Shown: piece by piece, positions 37,264 to 49,698 of the stretch | Layout: every line of letters starts with the position of its first letter | How positions within the stretch are numbered: the first letter of the stretch is position 1 | IMG/VR virus record: IMGVR_UViG_3300001528_000580 | Coordinates: 32,001 to 96,000 of that record | Reading direction: 5' to 3' (one strand) | Length of the DNA stretch: 64,000 nucleotides | Source: a virus | Taxonomy: Duplodnaviria > Caudoviricetes | Translations under genes and position numbers: made by a program | Notes under the pieces: model-generated | What the model saw: the letters and a program-made list of their open reading frames with translations, nothing else | Databases searched by the model: none | What the model was told of the DNA's origin: nothing

Positions 37264-37791
37264 ATGCTGTTAAGGAATATAAATTCAGGGGATAAGTTTA
37301 TTATTGATAGTAGGGGAAAACAAGTTGTAATAACTATTATCAATAAAACACCTGATGGAAAATATACAGTTGAAACACAATGTGGAAAAGTTCACATTCT
37401 TTCAAGAGAAACAATAAGCACTTTTTCAAGATATAAAGAGTTTAAAGAAAAGAAGCAAACACTCTTGGATTTAGCTGTTTTAGTTCTGATAGAAGAAAAC
37501 AAACCAATGAAAGTGAGCGAAATTCTTCGATGTATTAAAGAAAAAGGGTACAAGGTTCCAAGAAATGGTGACACTTTAGAATGTTCTCTGTCGTCAAGGT
37601 TAACAACAAATGCAAAAGAATGTATTGTTGGAAGAATTAGAGTTAAAAAGTTGGCGAATGGTATTTTTGTTCATAAAGATTGGCAAGGAATATTTAATGC
37701 GCCTTTAACTCAATTTGAATTGAGAGAACAATCAAAAGAGAATAGAAAAAGGTTGATTGAGCATGAAATAAGTAGCATTGTAGGAGAATAA
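37264..37791 (+). CDS. SH3-like + HARE-HTH (winged helix) protein
   Basis: TLLDLAVLVLIEENKPMKVSEI...GDTLECSLSSRL...GIF. Confidence 0.65.
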   Translation: MLLRNINSGDKFIIDSRGKQVVITIINKTPDGKYTVETQCGKVHILSRETISTFSRYKEFKEKKQTLLDLAVLVLIEENKPMKVSEILRCIKEKGYKVPRNGDTLECSLSSRLTTNAKECIVGRIRVKKLANGIFVHKDWQGIFNAPLTQFELREQSKENRKRLIEHEISSIVGE

Positions 37792-37794
37792 AAA

Positions 37795-38843
37795 ATGGCA
37801 AAAATGACATTTGCACCTTTTTCTGGTATTAATGCCGACGGTTTTAAAATAAAAGTTGGTGATAAAGAGGAAACATATTATTATGGAGTTAACGCTTCAT
37901 ATAATAGAGTTTTTGCAACTGCTGAAGAACCTTATGTTTCTGATATATTGCAAAAAACAATTAATGAAAACAAAATTTCAATCAATGAATTTGAAGTTGT
38001 TGATAGTTGGAATGTTTATAAAAATGTTTATCATAAAGGAGTTGAAAATAAAAAGTCAATATGTAAATATATCCAAGAATTGCAATTTGTGAAAAAATAA
38101 AATATTTGAGGAATGGTGGAAAACCCATTCCTTTTTTTGTCTGTTAATAGTAGTTGATCATTTATATATTATTATCGATAATTATATTATCTAGTTTTTA
38201 TAACATAAAAATATTCAATTTTTTTTATGATAACGTATTGATTTTTTCTAAATATGTGTTATAGTATATATAAGAAAACCAAAACACAAAATTAAATTTG
38301 GAGCTAAAAATGAATAAACTTACCGCTCTTGTTAAAGTGATTTACAATGATAAGGACTGTGTTATTCTTTCTACGAAAAGAAAAGACAAAATGGCTCTGA
38401 TTTGTACTGGCTGTTTTAATGGTGATGAAAATACGATTCGACTGACAAAAGAGAAAGAACCGACATATACTATTTTTAATGGTAGTTCACATTATTCAAT
38501 GAGTGAAAATATGCTCGTTTCTCAGCAGGATAGAAACAAGATGAGACTTATCAAAGAAACAGTTGTAGAGGATTTTGGAATTGCTCTTTATGGAAATGAT
38601 GTTGCAAAAACTTGTGGCGATGCAAGTGTAGAAAAAGCAAGAAGTGGAAAGCATGTCATTCGTCTTTGTTGGTTTCATGAAAATGACATTGCCATTCATC
38701 GTGATAGCACTTATATTAAACATGTGAAAGGCATAGAAGAAGCAAGAAAATGGGTGTTCAATCACTTTAATAATGTTATTGCAGAAACTCCCATTATGAA
38801 AACTGAAAACAATAGTTATAAGATTGATTTTGCAACCAATTGA
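37795..38843 (+). CDS. two hypothetical array proteins (37795-38100, 38298-38843)
   Basis: ORF track; RBS present. Confidence 0.55.
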
Positions 38844-38951
38844 GAATTTTAAGGCAAGCTAAAAACTTGCCTTTTTTATTTTTGTTTTTCTGTTAATATT
38901 ATACATATTATTATCGATAATTATATATAACAATTATTCCAGAATAAAGAC

Positions 38952-39130
38952 AAAAAAATTGGTGTAACACGGTAAAGCAAATGAAAGGGAAAAGAATTAC
39001 TTTACCTAGCAGACAACCACGAACTGCTGTTACACCAATAAAAAACCAGAGGAGTGGTTTTTTAGCGCCCCGACCGCATCGATTTTTAAACAACAATATA
39101 CAGAAAGGAGAAGTCATTTTTTCTGTTACT
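38952..39130 (-). ncRNA. putative structured small RNA, antisense to the array direction
   Basis: Minus-strand promoter TTGACT(39164-39159)-16-TATATT(39142-39137); four hairpins; terminal 11-bp stem followed by poly-T. Confidence 0.6.
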
Positions 39131-39893
39131 AATTATAATATAGCACGAAAAAAATGAAAGTCAAGTATTTTTTAAAAAATATTTTTATTTTTTTTGTATC
39201 TATTGGACTTGATTTTTCATTTTTTGGTGTTATACTAATAATAGAGAAACAACCATATTGAAGGGGAATAAGAAAAATGGGAAGCAATAATACTATTGAA
39301 AGCAAAATAGAGCACCTTGCAAGCGATTTAAGGCAGGTCTTTTTGTCCATGAAAGTAATACATGGAAAAGAAGTTGAACGACCTTGTAAATCAATGCAGG
39401 GACAAAATAATCGAATATGCCAAAACGATTAAAGGCACTGATGAATTTAAATTCATTGATAACCTTATGTTTGAAATGTTTATTGAATATTCCAAAATGT
39501 AAAGAATTTTTTGCTATTACTACTTGAAATTTCATTTTTTTGTGATATAGTAATAATAGAAAATAAAGGAAAGCATATGAAAACAATTCTGCTGATTCCA
39601 AGTATGGTAATAATTAATACTACTGCTATTGCAGTTATGCCAAAGTTGTTTTCTTATTTTGGTTATAATAATTGGCAAGCAGGACTTTTTTGTGTTGGGC
39701 TTATTGCTGTTATTATTGGAATGGTTTTCTTGATGGTAATGCACGATGACAGAAAGGGAAGAATATGAAAATTATTCAAAGAAAAGCGTATTGTGCTTTC
39801 TGTGGCAAAAAAGTTTTGCTCCCTTTGGAACGGTGGAAAATCCTTAAACAAGGTGGTATGTTTGTTTGCAAACGTTGCAGTTAAGGAGTAATT

Positions 39894-40416
39894 ATGAATT
39901 TCAGACAAATTATGGCAGAAATGGCAAGACGGAAAGTTCAATTTCATAAAGATGAAAAATGGAACGAAATTTCTTGTTTTGGTTTATTTCAATGGGGAAC
40001 AATTTCAAAATACCTTGTTGGTAATGAAAATATGAAAACTTTTGTTTCGCCTCTTTTTATAAATTCATTCGGTTCAACAAGAGAAAATAAAATTATTTGG
40101 GTTAAACCAACAAAAGAATGTTGGGAAAAATATATCAAACCTTTGATTGAAAAACACACTCTTGTTGAATTACAAGAAATGTCATGGGGATAAAAATATG
40201 ATTTGGTTAATTATTGGATTGATTGTTTATGCAGTAATCGGCATTATTTTAGGTGTTGGTTATTGTATTGTTTCTCAATCAGATTCAGGGTTTGTTAAGG
40301 ATCTGTTTTTCAAAATAATTCCTATAATGTTTATTTGGCTGATTGTGATTATATTAGCAGTAATAGCAATTGTCCTTTATAAAATTGCTAATGCAATATT
40401 TAGTATTATTGAATGA
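39894..40416 (+). CDS. hypothetical protein (39894-40193) and small membrane protein (ending 40416)
   Basis: AAGGAG RBS; hydrophobic segments in the second ORF. Confidence 0.5.
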
Positions 40417-41162
40417 TGCAACTATCATTCTTTTTTTATCATGTTTTGCGAAAATAAAAGATATATCATTATCGATAATAATATAATATGGTATCTTCAG
40501 CTATCATAAAAAAATGAAAAAATTATTGTTTTTGTGCTTGAAATTTCAAAGAATTGATGTATGTTATATATTGTAAACAGGAAAGGAAATACAAGCAATA
40601 TGGATTATGAAATGATTTTTTTGTTGGTCGGTGTAGCGGTAATTATCGGCATTAAAATCTATGTTGCTTATCAGAAAACCAAACCTGAAAAAAGTTCAAA
40701 AAAAGTTCACAAGAATACTTGAAAAACTCAAAAACTGGTGTATGTTATAGTAAAGCAAAAGAACAGAGAACTTGAAAAAGAGCAAATAAAAAAATTCAAA
40801 AAAAGTTCAAAGTTGAGCTTGAAAAAAACACAAAACAGAGTATATTAAGTAATGTAAACGATAGCTCATAAGAGCAAATGATAAATCGAAAAAATCGGAA
40901 TGGCGATAAGGAAAGGATGGTTATAAAATGAAGTAACGTTAAAATAACAACCAACCTCTTGACATGATAAATAAAATTAAACGTTAACGCCGCAACAATA
41001 TGGTGAATAAAATGAAGTAACGAAGAAATAAACTTAACTTTTTGAATATATCGCTGTGTTAGCTAAAACATTAACGCCGAAGTCGGCATTAAAAGCGGGT
41101 AAGCGGAATGAATAAGATTCGAGATCGAACTTAACAAGTTATAAACTTGAATATTTGCTTAA

Positions 41163-41181
41163 AATTTCTACTTATGTAGAT
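41163..41181 (+). CRISPR. solitary Cas12a (type V-A)-like repeat AATTTCTACTTATGTAGAT
   Basis: Matches the mature Cas12a handle AAUUUCUACU-NNN-GUAGAU. Confidence 0.75.
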
Positions 41182-41322
41182 AAACTCACAGGAGAAATGG
41201 AAAATGAACATCGACTACGCCGCAAATACAAACATTCACCCTCCGTAACGTTTAATTAACCTTTTTTTAACTTAAATAATAATGATTAGATTTTTTTAGT
41301 TTTTCTTTTGATTGTTTCTTTT

Positions 41323-41341
41323 AATTTCTACTCGTGTAGAT
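41323..41341 (+). CRISPR. solitary Cas12a-like repeat AATTTCTACTCGTGTAGAT
   Basis: Same handle; only loop bases differ. Confidence 0.75.
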
Positions 41342-41419
41342 ACTAAGACAAAAAGTAATCAGGATAATCTTCCAAATGATGAAATTTTGTTAAATAAAAG
41401 TAAATAATCAGCCGTTGAT

Positions 41420-41495
41420 GCGTTCTTAACTCAGTCGGTAGAGTATCACCCTTTTAAGGTGAGAGTCATGGGTTCGAGTCCCATAGAACGTACCA
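41420..41495 (+). tRNA. trnK: tRNA-Lys(TTT)
   Basis: GCGTTCT/AGAACGT acceptor, TCACC-CTTTTAA-GGTGA anticodon arm, GGTTCGAGTCC, encoded CCA. Confidence 0.95.
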
Positions 41496-41892
41496 TTTTC
41501 TCAAAATTAGGTTGTAGAGAAGAACCTAAAAAATATAACAAAAACTGCTCTTGTTAAAATCATTTGAGATTTCGATTGGCAAGATACAAAGCATTGGAGC
41601 AAAAAAACCATGCACTTTATTAGAGCCATGCCGTAAAATAATTTCTTCATTTGTAATTTTCGATTATGTAATCCTTTTGAATAGCCTGTTATGAAAATAG
41701 CAGGTTATTTTTTTGTTTTATCATTTTCTTTTCTATTTATTATCTATAATTATCGATAATAATATATTTCAATATTTGGTTGTAGATAAAAAAATGAAAA
41801 AAAGTTTTATTTTAACTTGTAATTTTCAAATAATGATGTATAGTATATTTAGAGAACAGAGAAAACCACACTTAATATAAAGGGAATAAAAC

Positions 41893-44821
41893 ATGTTGGC
41901 TTTTGAAAAAACTCTTATGACCGTTTATTTCTCGAATGAAAACAAAGAATTAGCACCCCTTTTTATTGATGGCAAAATTGAACAGCAAAGGGACGGTTCT
42001 TTTTATGTCATTGTGAACGGTGAGCTTGTTGCCAAGTATGGCAATTATAACGATGCTGTGCAATTCGTCAAAGAAAACTATAAATAAAGGTTTGACATGC
42101 TTTATCTTGAAAAAGTAAATGTTCAATATGGTGCTCCAATGGGGCGTAGAGAATGGAATGAATGTCCCGGAATAAAAGTCTGTGGCAGTATTCAAGAAAT
42201 AGCCATGAGAGAAGGCTATGATTCAGGCGGCGCATATTGGGGAACTCCTAATAATGTATATTGCGCACAATACAATCATTTTGATAAGAATACAAATAAA
42301 GAGTATTCCGGCAGAGTGTTTGTACGTGCCTTTTCTCGTGAAAGTGCAATAGAGCAGGTGAATAAGATTAGCGGTTGGGAAAATGTAAAATTCCGCAAAA
42401 AATAAATCAAATTTATACACCTTAAAAAAATGAATTTGATTCAAAGAGGGAAAGAGAAATTCCCTCCTTTATTTTTTTATTTATTTGGATTCTAAACAAT
42501 ATTATTATCGATAATGATAATAAAAATAAATCGAATTTATTTTAGAATCAGACTTGAAAATGAAACGAAATAGTGTATAGTATATATAAACGGAGAACAA
42601 TTATATGCTTATTGCTTTATACATCATTGCATCATTAGCAATCATTTATTTATTGATTGCAGTATTGTTTTATGTGATTGCATGTAAAATCATGTGTCCC
42701 AAAAGCAAATGGCAATATATCGATTTAATGGTATTGGCTATTAACTGGTTTCCTGTATCACTTGTATTTATGTTTTTCACAGATTAAATTTCAAATTTTT
42801 TCATTTTATCACTTGACTTTTTGCGAGTTGAATATATATTAATAACATAGCAAGATAAAACCTTTCAACCACAACATAAAGGGAAAAATCATGGAAATCA
42901 AAACTCGTTACGAAATTCAGGATGACGAAAAGAACCTGAATAACATTGAACGGCAGAAAGAACAAACCAAAGAAGCTGGTCGGCAAGTTGCCGAATTGAT
43001 TATGCAGTTTATCAACGGTGGTTTTACTGCTGACTTCTTTGAAGGTTTCTTTGACATTATTCTGAATAGCCATCGAACATTGCAACAGGTATTTCAGAAA
43101 TACCTTATTCTTAAATGGATAAGAATGCAAGCACTCAAAACCGAAGGTTTTTTCGATGAGCGTAACAAGTATACGGTCGAACAATGTAAAATCATGGATA
43201 AAGCATTGCGTGACAATGAAAAACACTATAATCCACCGTTCATTTAATCGAAATATTAAAGGCTGATTGATTCAGCCTTTTTTGTTGTTTTAATATTATT
43301 GATATATTATCTATAATTATCGATAATAATATTTGAATTAATTTCATGTAATAAAAAAGTTTGAGTTAATTTCATTTTGTAGCTTGCAATTATATGTTTT
43401 TGGTGTATAGTAATATTAGAAACAAAAAAGCAATAGCTGTTACCACAATATAAAGGGATTAAATTATGAGCCAATACACCCGTCTTGCATGTTCTGACGA
43501 GCAGGAAAGAGCTATTGCAACTATTGAAAAATGGTTGAAGAAGCTGAATAAAAATATTTGTGGTTCTACCAAAATTGGCAAGTATTACGATACTGTGATT
43601 TTGGATTTGGAATTTCATGGGAACAACATTTATGTTCATTCAAATGGATTTGAAGATACTGACTTTGGTAATGAAGGAGTAACAGTAAATAATGTCCATA
43701 TTGAAAATGAAGGACAGTTTGAAAAGTTCAAGGATGCTGTTATGAAAGATGAATAATGAGCAGAACGTTTCGCAAAAGTGATATTTTCGAGTTTACGGAA
43801 GAAAGGCACAATAGGAGTGCCAAAGTTGACAAAAAACACTTGAGAATGAAAGTCCCTGATGGGAAGGTTCAAAGTCCTGTGTTTGATGCCTTTACAAATG
43901 ATGGTGATGGTTTTCTTGGTTATGGCGAAGAATTTTGTCACAAGAAGTTGTATAAGAAACTTCGTAACAAGAAAAAACGTCATCAAAAAGTTGATGAAGA
44001 ATAAAAAATATGATGCAGTAATTTAATTACTGCATTTTTTGTTTTTATATATTTGAAGATAATTTATGTATTATTATCGATAATAATATAGTTGTTGTTT
44101 TTATCAACAGAAAAAAGTAACATATTTTTTATTTTTCGACTTGAAAATATGATAATATGGTGTATAGTAATAAATAGAAAGAAGAAAGAGAGTTATGGAT
44201 AATATAATTGTTGTAGAAAAAATACTTGTTGTTTTATTTATAATTGCATTAGTTATATACGCTCATGTAGGATTATTCATTAGAACTAAATAAAAAAAGG
44301 GAAAGAAAAAATGAAAATTATTATTCCGATTGTCATGTTTGTGTTTGTGTTTTTCGCTTTTATTGCCATTGCTCAATGGCTGTGGAGCATCTTTTGTCCT
44401 GTATTTGGTTTGCAGGAAATGACTTTTTGGCAGATGACAGCTTTCCTTGTGTTTGTCTCTGCTTTCCTTGCGCCTTGTTGGGTTAAACGGTGAAATATTC
44501 CTGATAGTAAAATAGTTGAACAACCGAAAAGTAAAGGGTAACACAATGGAAACCAAGAAACCGACAAGGGAAGAAGTTAAGAAAAAAACTTTGTCCGAAG
44601 AATTTGCAAATTTTTTCGGAAACCTTTACTTTCGATGGCTCGATGAGAAAGATTATGAGGACATCGAAGAATACAAAAAAGTCATTGAAAGAGAACTCGG
44701 TTACTCAATTAAGAGAATCAAAAAACGTCCTTTCAGTATCGAAATTGAAACAAGTGACAATTTCCTTATGACACTCAAAGCCAATTCCAGTGGTATTGAG
44801 TTGTTTCGACAGGCAATCTAA
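41893..44821 (+). CDS. small array proteins (41893-42087, 42097-42405, 42605-42787 TM, 42891-43247, 43466-43756, 43756-44004, 44311-44493 TM, 44546-44821)
   Basis: Each in a promoter/RBS/terminator unit; 42097 has YGAPMGR...GYDSGGAYWG. Confidence 0.6.
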
Positions 44822-45018
44822 TATCAATTTATGGTGGTGAAATATCCACCATTTTTGTTTTGCTAATTGAGTAACATTATTTTATATTATTATCGATAAT
44901 AATAAATTTATATATTCATTGCTAGATAAAATTTTGAATTTTTATTTTATTTTAACTTGACTTTTTCAAAAACTATGATATGTTATAAGTAGTAAAACAA
45001 CCATAGGGAGTATTAGAA

Positions 45019-45582
45019 ATGGATACGGCATATGTTTCACTTGAAGAAGCAAAAAGGCTTTCTTTTCAGTATGTCAAAGAAGCATACGATTATTTTGTAG
45101 AACATATTGAAGAAACACCGTTTCGGTATGAAAAACACCGTATTAAACTTATGCCTTTTATCATTTGGAAGAAAAAGGGATTCAAACTTGCAGGAACAGC
45201 TCATGGTGGTTCTCTGAATACTATTGAAATGAATATCAATTTCTTGTATTCACCGGACGCAATGAGATTTATCAAAAACACAAGTGTTCATGAATTAGCA
45301 CATCTTATCAATGGTTGGTTTCATGGACGTAACCATGACAAACAATGGAAATATATTGCTAAATTCATTGGTGACGATGGTGAACGTTGCCATGATTATA
45401 AGCTGCCGGAGATTGCAAGTAATAATCACAAGTATACAGCTTATTGTGCTTGTCGTGAATGGAAGTTTACAAAGTATCGTTATGACAAGTGCGCTGACGG
45501 AGGCTATCGTTGTAGGAAGTGTGGTGAACTGTTATCAACAAAACCATATCAAATATTGACAATTCACGTTAAAGCACAATAA
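45019..45582 (+). CDS. SprT-like zinc metalloprotease
   Basis: AG.A, HELAH, HDKQWK, C-terminal CAC...CRKC Zn ribbon. Confidence 0.8.
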   Translation: MDTAYVSLEEAKRLSFQYVKEAYDYFVEHIEETPFRYEKHRIKLMPFIIWKKKGFKLAGTAHGGSLNTIEMNINFLYSPDAMRFIKNTSVHELAHLINGWFHGRNHDKQWKYIAKFIGDDGERCHDYKLPEIASNNHKYTAYCACREWKFTKYRYDKCADGGYRCRKCGELLSTKPYQILTIHVKAQ

Positions 45583-45721
45583 ACAATATAATGGAGCTAT
45601 ACAAATGGCTCCATTATTCTTTTTAGAATATTGTTGTTTTTAGATATACTATTATCGATAATAATATATAAATGATTATTTTGATGTGATAAAAAAATTC
45701 TGATTTTTTTTGAAACGTTAC

Positions 45722-46051
45722 TTGAAATTTAGTTGTTTGAGTGTATAGTATATATTGTAACAAGAAAACGTTACAAGTTGATTGAAAATGAGGTTAAATA
45801 AAAAACTGATTTTCTTTGAAATAAGACTTGAAAAACTTAAAAATGGTGATACATTATAAGTAACAAGCAAAAAGCTGTTAAGTTGATAAAAAAAAGAAAA
45901 ATCAAAAAAAGTTAAAAATAAGACTTGAAAAAATCAAAATCGATGATATAGTATATAGTATCAAAGAAAAAGAAAACAAGTCAAGTTTATAACAAAAAAA
46001 ATTAAAAAAGTTTACAATGCCACTTGAAAAATTAAAAAATGGTGGTATAGT
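45722..46051 (+). promoter_or_regulatory. four tandem sigma70-like promoters
   Basis: TTGAAA at 45722, 45828, 45925, 46024, each with a -10 hexamer 16 nt downstream and an A/T tract upstream. Confidence 0.75.
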
Positions 46052-46116
46052 AATAAAAGAAAAGAGAACTGAATGGTTCGGTTCTCAAAAACCTGAAATC
46101 ATGAAGGAGGTAAATC

Positions 46117-46638
46117 ATGATTCGTAAATTTGAAGTTGGAATGAAGCTGGAAATTCAGAACGGCGCTCAGCGGGTCAATGTCATCGTGACCGATGTTCCG
46201 GAAGATGCCAATGAAAAGCTGACGGTGGCATTCGAGAAGTCCGGCAAGGAACGCAAGATTTCTCGTGAAGCGCTGAAAACAGCCACTCGTGTGAAAGAAG
46301 TCAAGGAAAAGCGTCCGTCCGTGGTTTCGACGGCGATTCAGATTCTCGTGGACAAGAACGTCCCGATGACAATCAAGCAGATTACCGAGTGTCTGCCCGA
46401 ATATGGGTACACTCAGCCTCGTGAGGGAAAGACCCTTGCGAACAGTGTTTCGAGCCGGATGAACGGTGCCGCCAAAGAAGGCAAGTGCAAGAAGCTGGCG
46501 AACGGCGTATTCGCCGCAAACGAATGCACCGTGGAGTATGTGAAGCCCTTGACTGCCGCTTCCAAGAAGGCTCTTGAAGCCGAAGCCAAGAAAGAGGCGG
46601 TTGCGAAGGAACTGGCGGAGGCTCTTGCCGAAGCCTAA
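46117..46638 (+). CDS. SH3-like + HARE-HTH protein, highly codon-adapted
   Basis: SVVSTAIQILVDKNVPMTIKQI...GKTLANSVSSRM...GVF; GC-rich codons; AAGGAGGT RBS. Confidence 0.7.
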   Translation: MIRKFEVGMKLEIQNGAQRVNVIVTDVPEDANEKLTVAFEKSGKERKISREALKTATRVKEVKEKRPSVVSTAIQILVDKNVPMTIKQITECLPEYGYTQPREGKTLANSVSSRMNGAAKEGKCKKLANGVFAANECTVEYVKPLTAASKKALEAEAKKEAVAKELAEALAEA

Positions 46639-46863
46639 GAGGTGACAATGGGGGAGAAATCCCCCTTGTTCTAAAAAAATTAAACACTATCAGAAAAAAA
46701 CTGATAGTGTTTTTTATTACATATTTTTTTGAAACTATTGTTTATTATTATCGATAATAATATAATTGTGTGTTACTTATGCAGATAAAAAATTCAATTT
46801 TTCTTTTGTTTTAACTTGTAATTTTCTAAATGTGGTGTATAGTATATTAAAAGGAAGAAAAAT

Positions 46864-49438
46864 ATGAAACTTATAATTAAAGATTCTGCAAACTCGTTTA
46901 TAATCAGTGATTCAATGCACTATCATAAGGTATTGCAGGAACGTGAAAGATTAGGTTTTCGTAATGTTGGAATTGATAAAGTTCCAACTCATGATGAAAT
47001 AAAAAATCTTCCTATATTTGCAGGTGGAAAGTTTGTTTATAAAACAGAACCTAAAGTTATATGGGAAGTCGAAGAAATAACAATAGAATGGTTGGATGGA
47101 TATTATTTTAATGCTTTCTGTTCAAATGGGAAAGAATATAGGTGTATACCATTCTATAACCGTAATTGCATCAATCCCCATATTATAAGGGATATTGACA
47201 ATTTCAAAAACAAAACAACCATAAGGAATAGGAAGAATGAAAAAAGCGATTTATAATCGGCAGGGAAATCAGATTGTTGAAACTGGTCATAAAACTTTTG
47301 ACCGTCAAACAAATGCTATTTCACATGGCAATGTTATAGCCAATACCATGTTCGGCTCATATATTCGCTCTTATACTGAAACTGAGTGTAATGGTTTTGA
47401 TTTTCCTGTTGGACATTTGTTTAATGTTGATATGAAGCCATTTATTGAACGGATGGGATTACGCAATCAGCGTATTATTGAATATATCAAAGAAGAAACA
47501 GAAGCACGGCAAAAGTCCGTTATTCTGTATTGCTTTTTCCATTGGAGAAATGGGGAACGTATCGTTCATGGATACATTTTGACTGACTGGGATTATAATC
47601 ATATTCAAACATTTTATGGAGAAAGATATAGCAGTAAATCCATTTCAGTTCTTGAAGAATGCAAACAGTATGTTTGTAATTGAAACTGATTCAAAATTCA
47701 GGAGTATAAAAAGCTCCTGTTTTTTATTTTAATTTTGAATCCGATTTATTATCTATTGTTATCGATAATAATATATCTTAATTTATTAAAGCAAAAATAA
47801 TTATGATATATTAATAAAATTGATTGATTTTTCTATTAACGATTGTATATTAGCTATAACCAAATAGGAGAATAAAAATGAATAGAAATGAATCAAATTC
47901 AAAAAACATTGATTCCATTGAAGAACATACTCGGAAAACAGAAAGAAAGATTATTATAATATGGAGTATTACATTAATTATAATAATATTATCAATTATA
48001 AATGTGTTCTATCCATTTATTTCTGATTATATTGATTCATATTTTATAAATGGAAATGGAGAAATAGATTATAATAAAAAAACGTATAGCCTTGTTTCGT
48101 TTATGATATGGTATGTTCCATTTTGTTTCATGATTTTCAAAAAATAAATAATAATATTTTTTCTATATAATAACTTGCATTTCATTAAAATTGGTGTATA
48201 GTATATATACAATCAATATGGAAGGGAGTTAAAAATGGCAAATGTTTGTGAAACAATTATCATTGCTGAATTTGATTCAGAGAAAGCAAAAAATGAATTA
48301 TTTTTGAAACTCCAAAACACCATAAAGAAAAATGATGACGGAATAGATTATTTCACTCTTGGAAGTGAAAAGTGTTTTTTGTTTGATGGAGCTATTGAAG
48401 ATACTGAACAGTCACCAAAGAAATTGGAAATGGTTTTTTCTTCAAAGTGGACAGGTTGTGAATCCATTGAAGTATTCAAAGAAATTATCGAATATTTGAA
48501 AGTAGATGGATTGAAAAAATTTGCTTTATATGATTATGAACCTTTAGAAAATTTCAAATACCATTATACCTATCATAATGGAAAATTTTATGAAGGAAAA
48601 GGAAATGCTCATGCAGGGAAATATATGGGAATTGAATAAAAATTAAAAAATAGATTTGACTTTTCATAATATGCTCTTATATTATATGTAATATATAATA
48701 TAGGAGTATAATGTTATATGAATAAAATTGTTTATATTATAGGTGGAATTGTTGGATTTATTATTGGATATAGTGCTGTAATGTTATTACTAACATTTTT
48801 AGCACAATGGTTATGGAGTATCTTTTGCGTTTGTATAAATTGCAGTCCCATGTCCTATTGGCAAATGTTTAGTTTTATTATCTTCTTATCAATGTTTATT
48901 GTACCTCGTTATGTAAATACAGGAAAATAACGTTTTTTTCTATATAACAACTTGCATTTTATAAAAACTAGTGTATAGTATATGTAGAAACAAAAAACAA
49001 AATAAGAGGTCAAAATTATGTGCGCTGGTGCTTGCAAATGTAAAGAACGTAAAGAAATTGCAAAGAAAGCTGCAAATGCAAAACTTGACGAAGCAAGGGA
49101 GCTTGCAAGGCAGTTGATGGACGAGGGAAATGAAGGTGTTACAAAACTCGACAAAATCATGACTTTGATTGATACAGCCAAAAATCATATTCACAACATT
49201 TAACCAAAATAATAAGGTAAAAATTATGGCGAAGATTGTTGTTGTAGTTCATGGTGGATTGGTGGAAAGTGTTTACACTGATGACGGAAACGCCGAAGTA
49301 AAGTTGATTGATTACGATATTCTCAAGGATGACATGGGAAAATCGTATCAGGAAATTACTGAAATTACCAAAAAAAATGTTGGCGACCTGAAAAATAATC
49401 CTATCGGATATGTTTCCGATATTGAGGAAGTTGAATAA
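46864..49438 (+). CDS. small array proteins (46864-47256, 47237-47683, 47878-48147 TM, 48235-48639, 48718-48930 TM, 49018-49203, 49226-49438)
   Basis: ORFs with promoters/RBS; 48718 is a paralog of 44311 (AQWLWSIFC...M..WQM). Confidence 0.55.
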
Positions 49439-49698
49439 AAATTAGAATATAACAACCTACAATGCGATTACCCATAGAGATATGCGGTATGTGGAACAGA
49501 GTAGGTTGTTTTTTTATATATTTAATGTCGAATATTCATATATTATTATCGATAATAATATACATTATTTTGTTTGTTAAAATGTTACCATCAAAAAATA
49601 TTATATTTTTTCATAAATCAACTTGAAAAATTGCGTTAAAGGTGTATAGTATATATAGAATGAAAGAGAAACACCAAAACAACCACAAGGTGAATATA

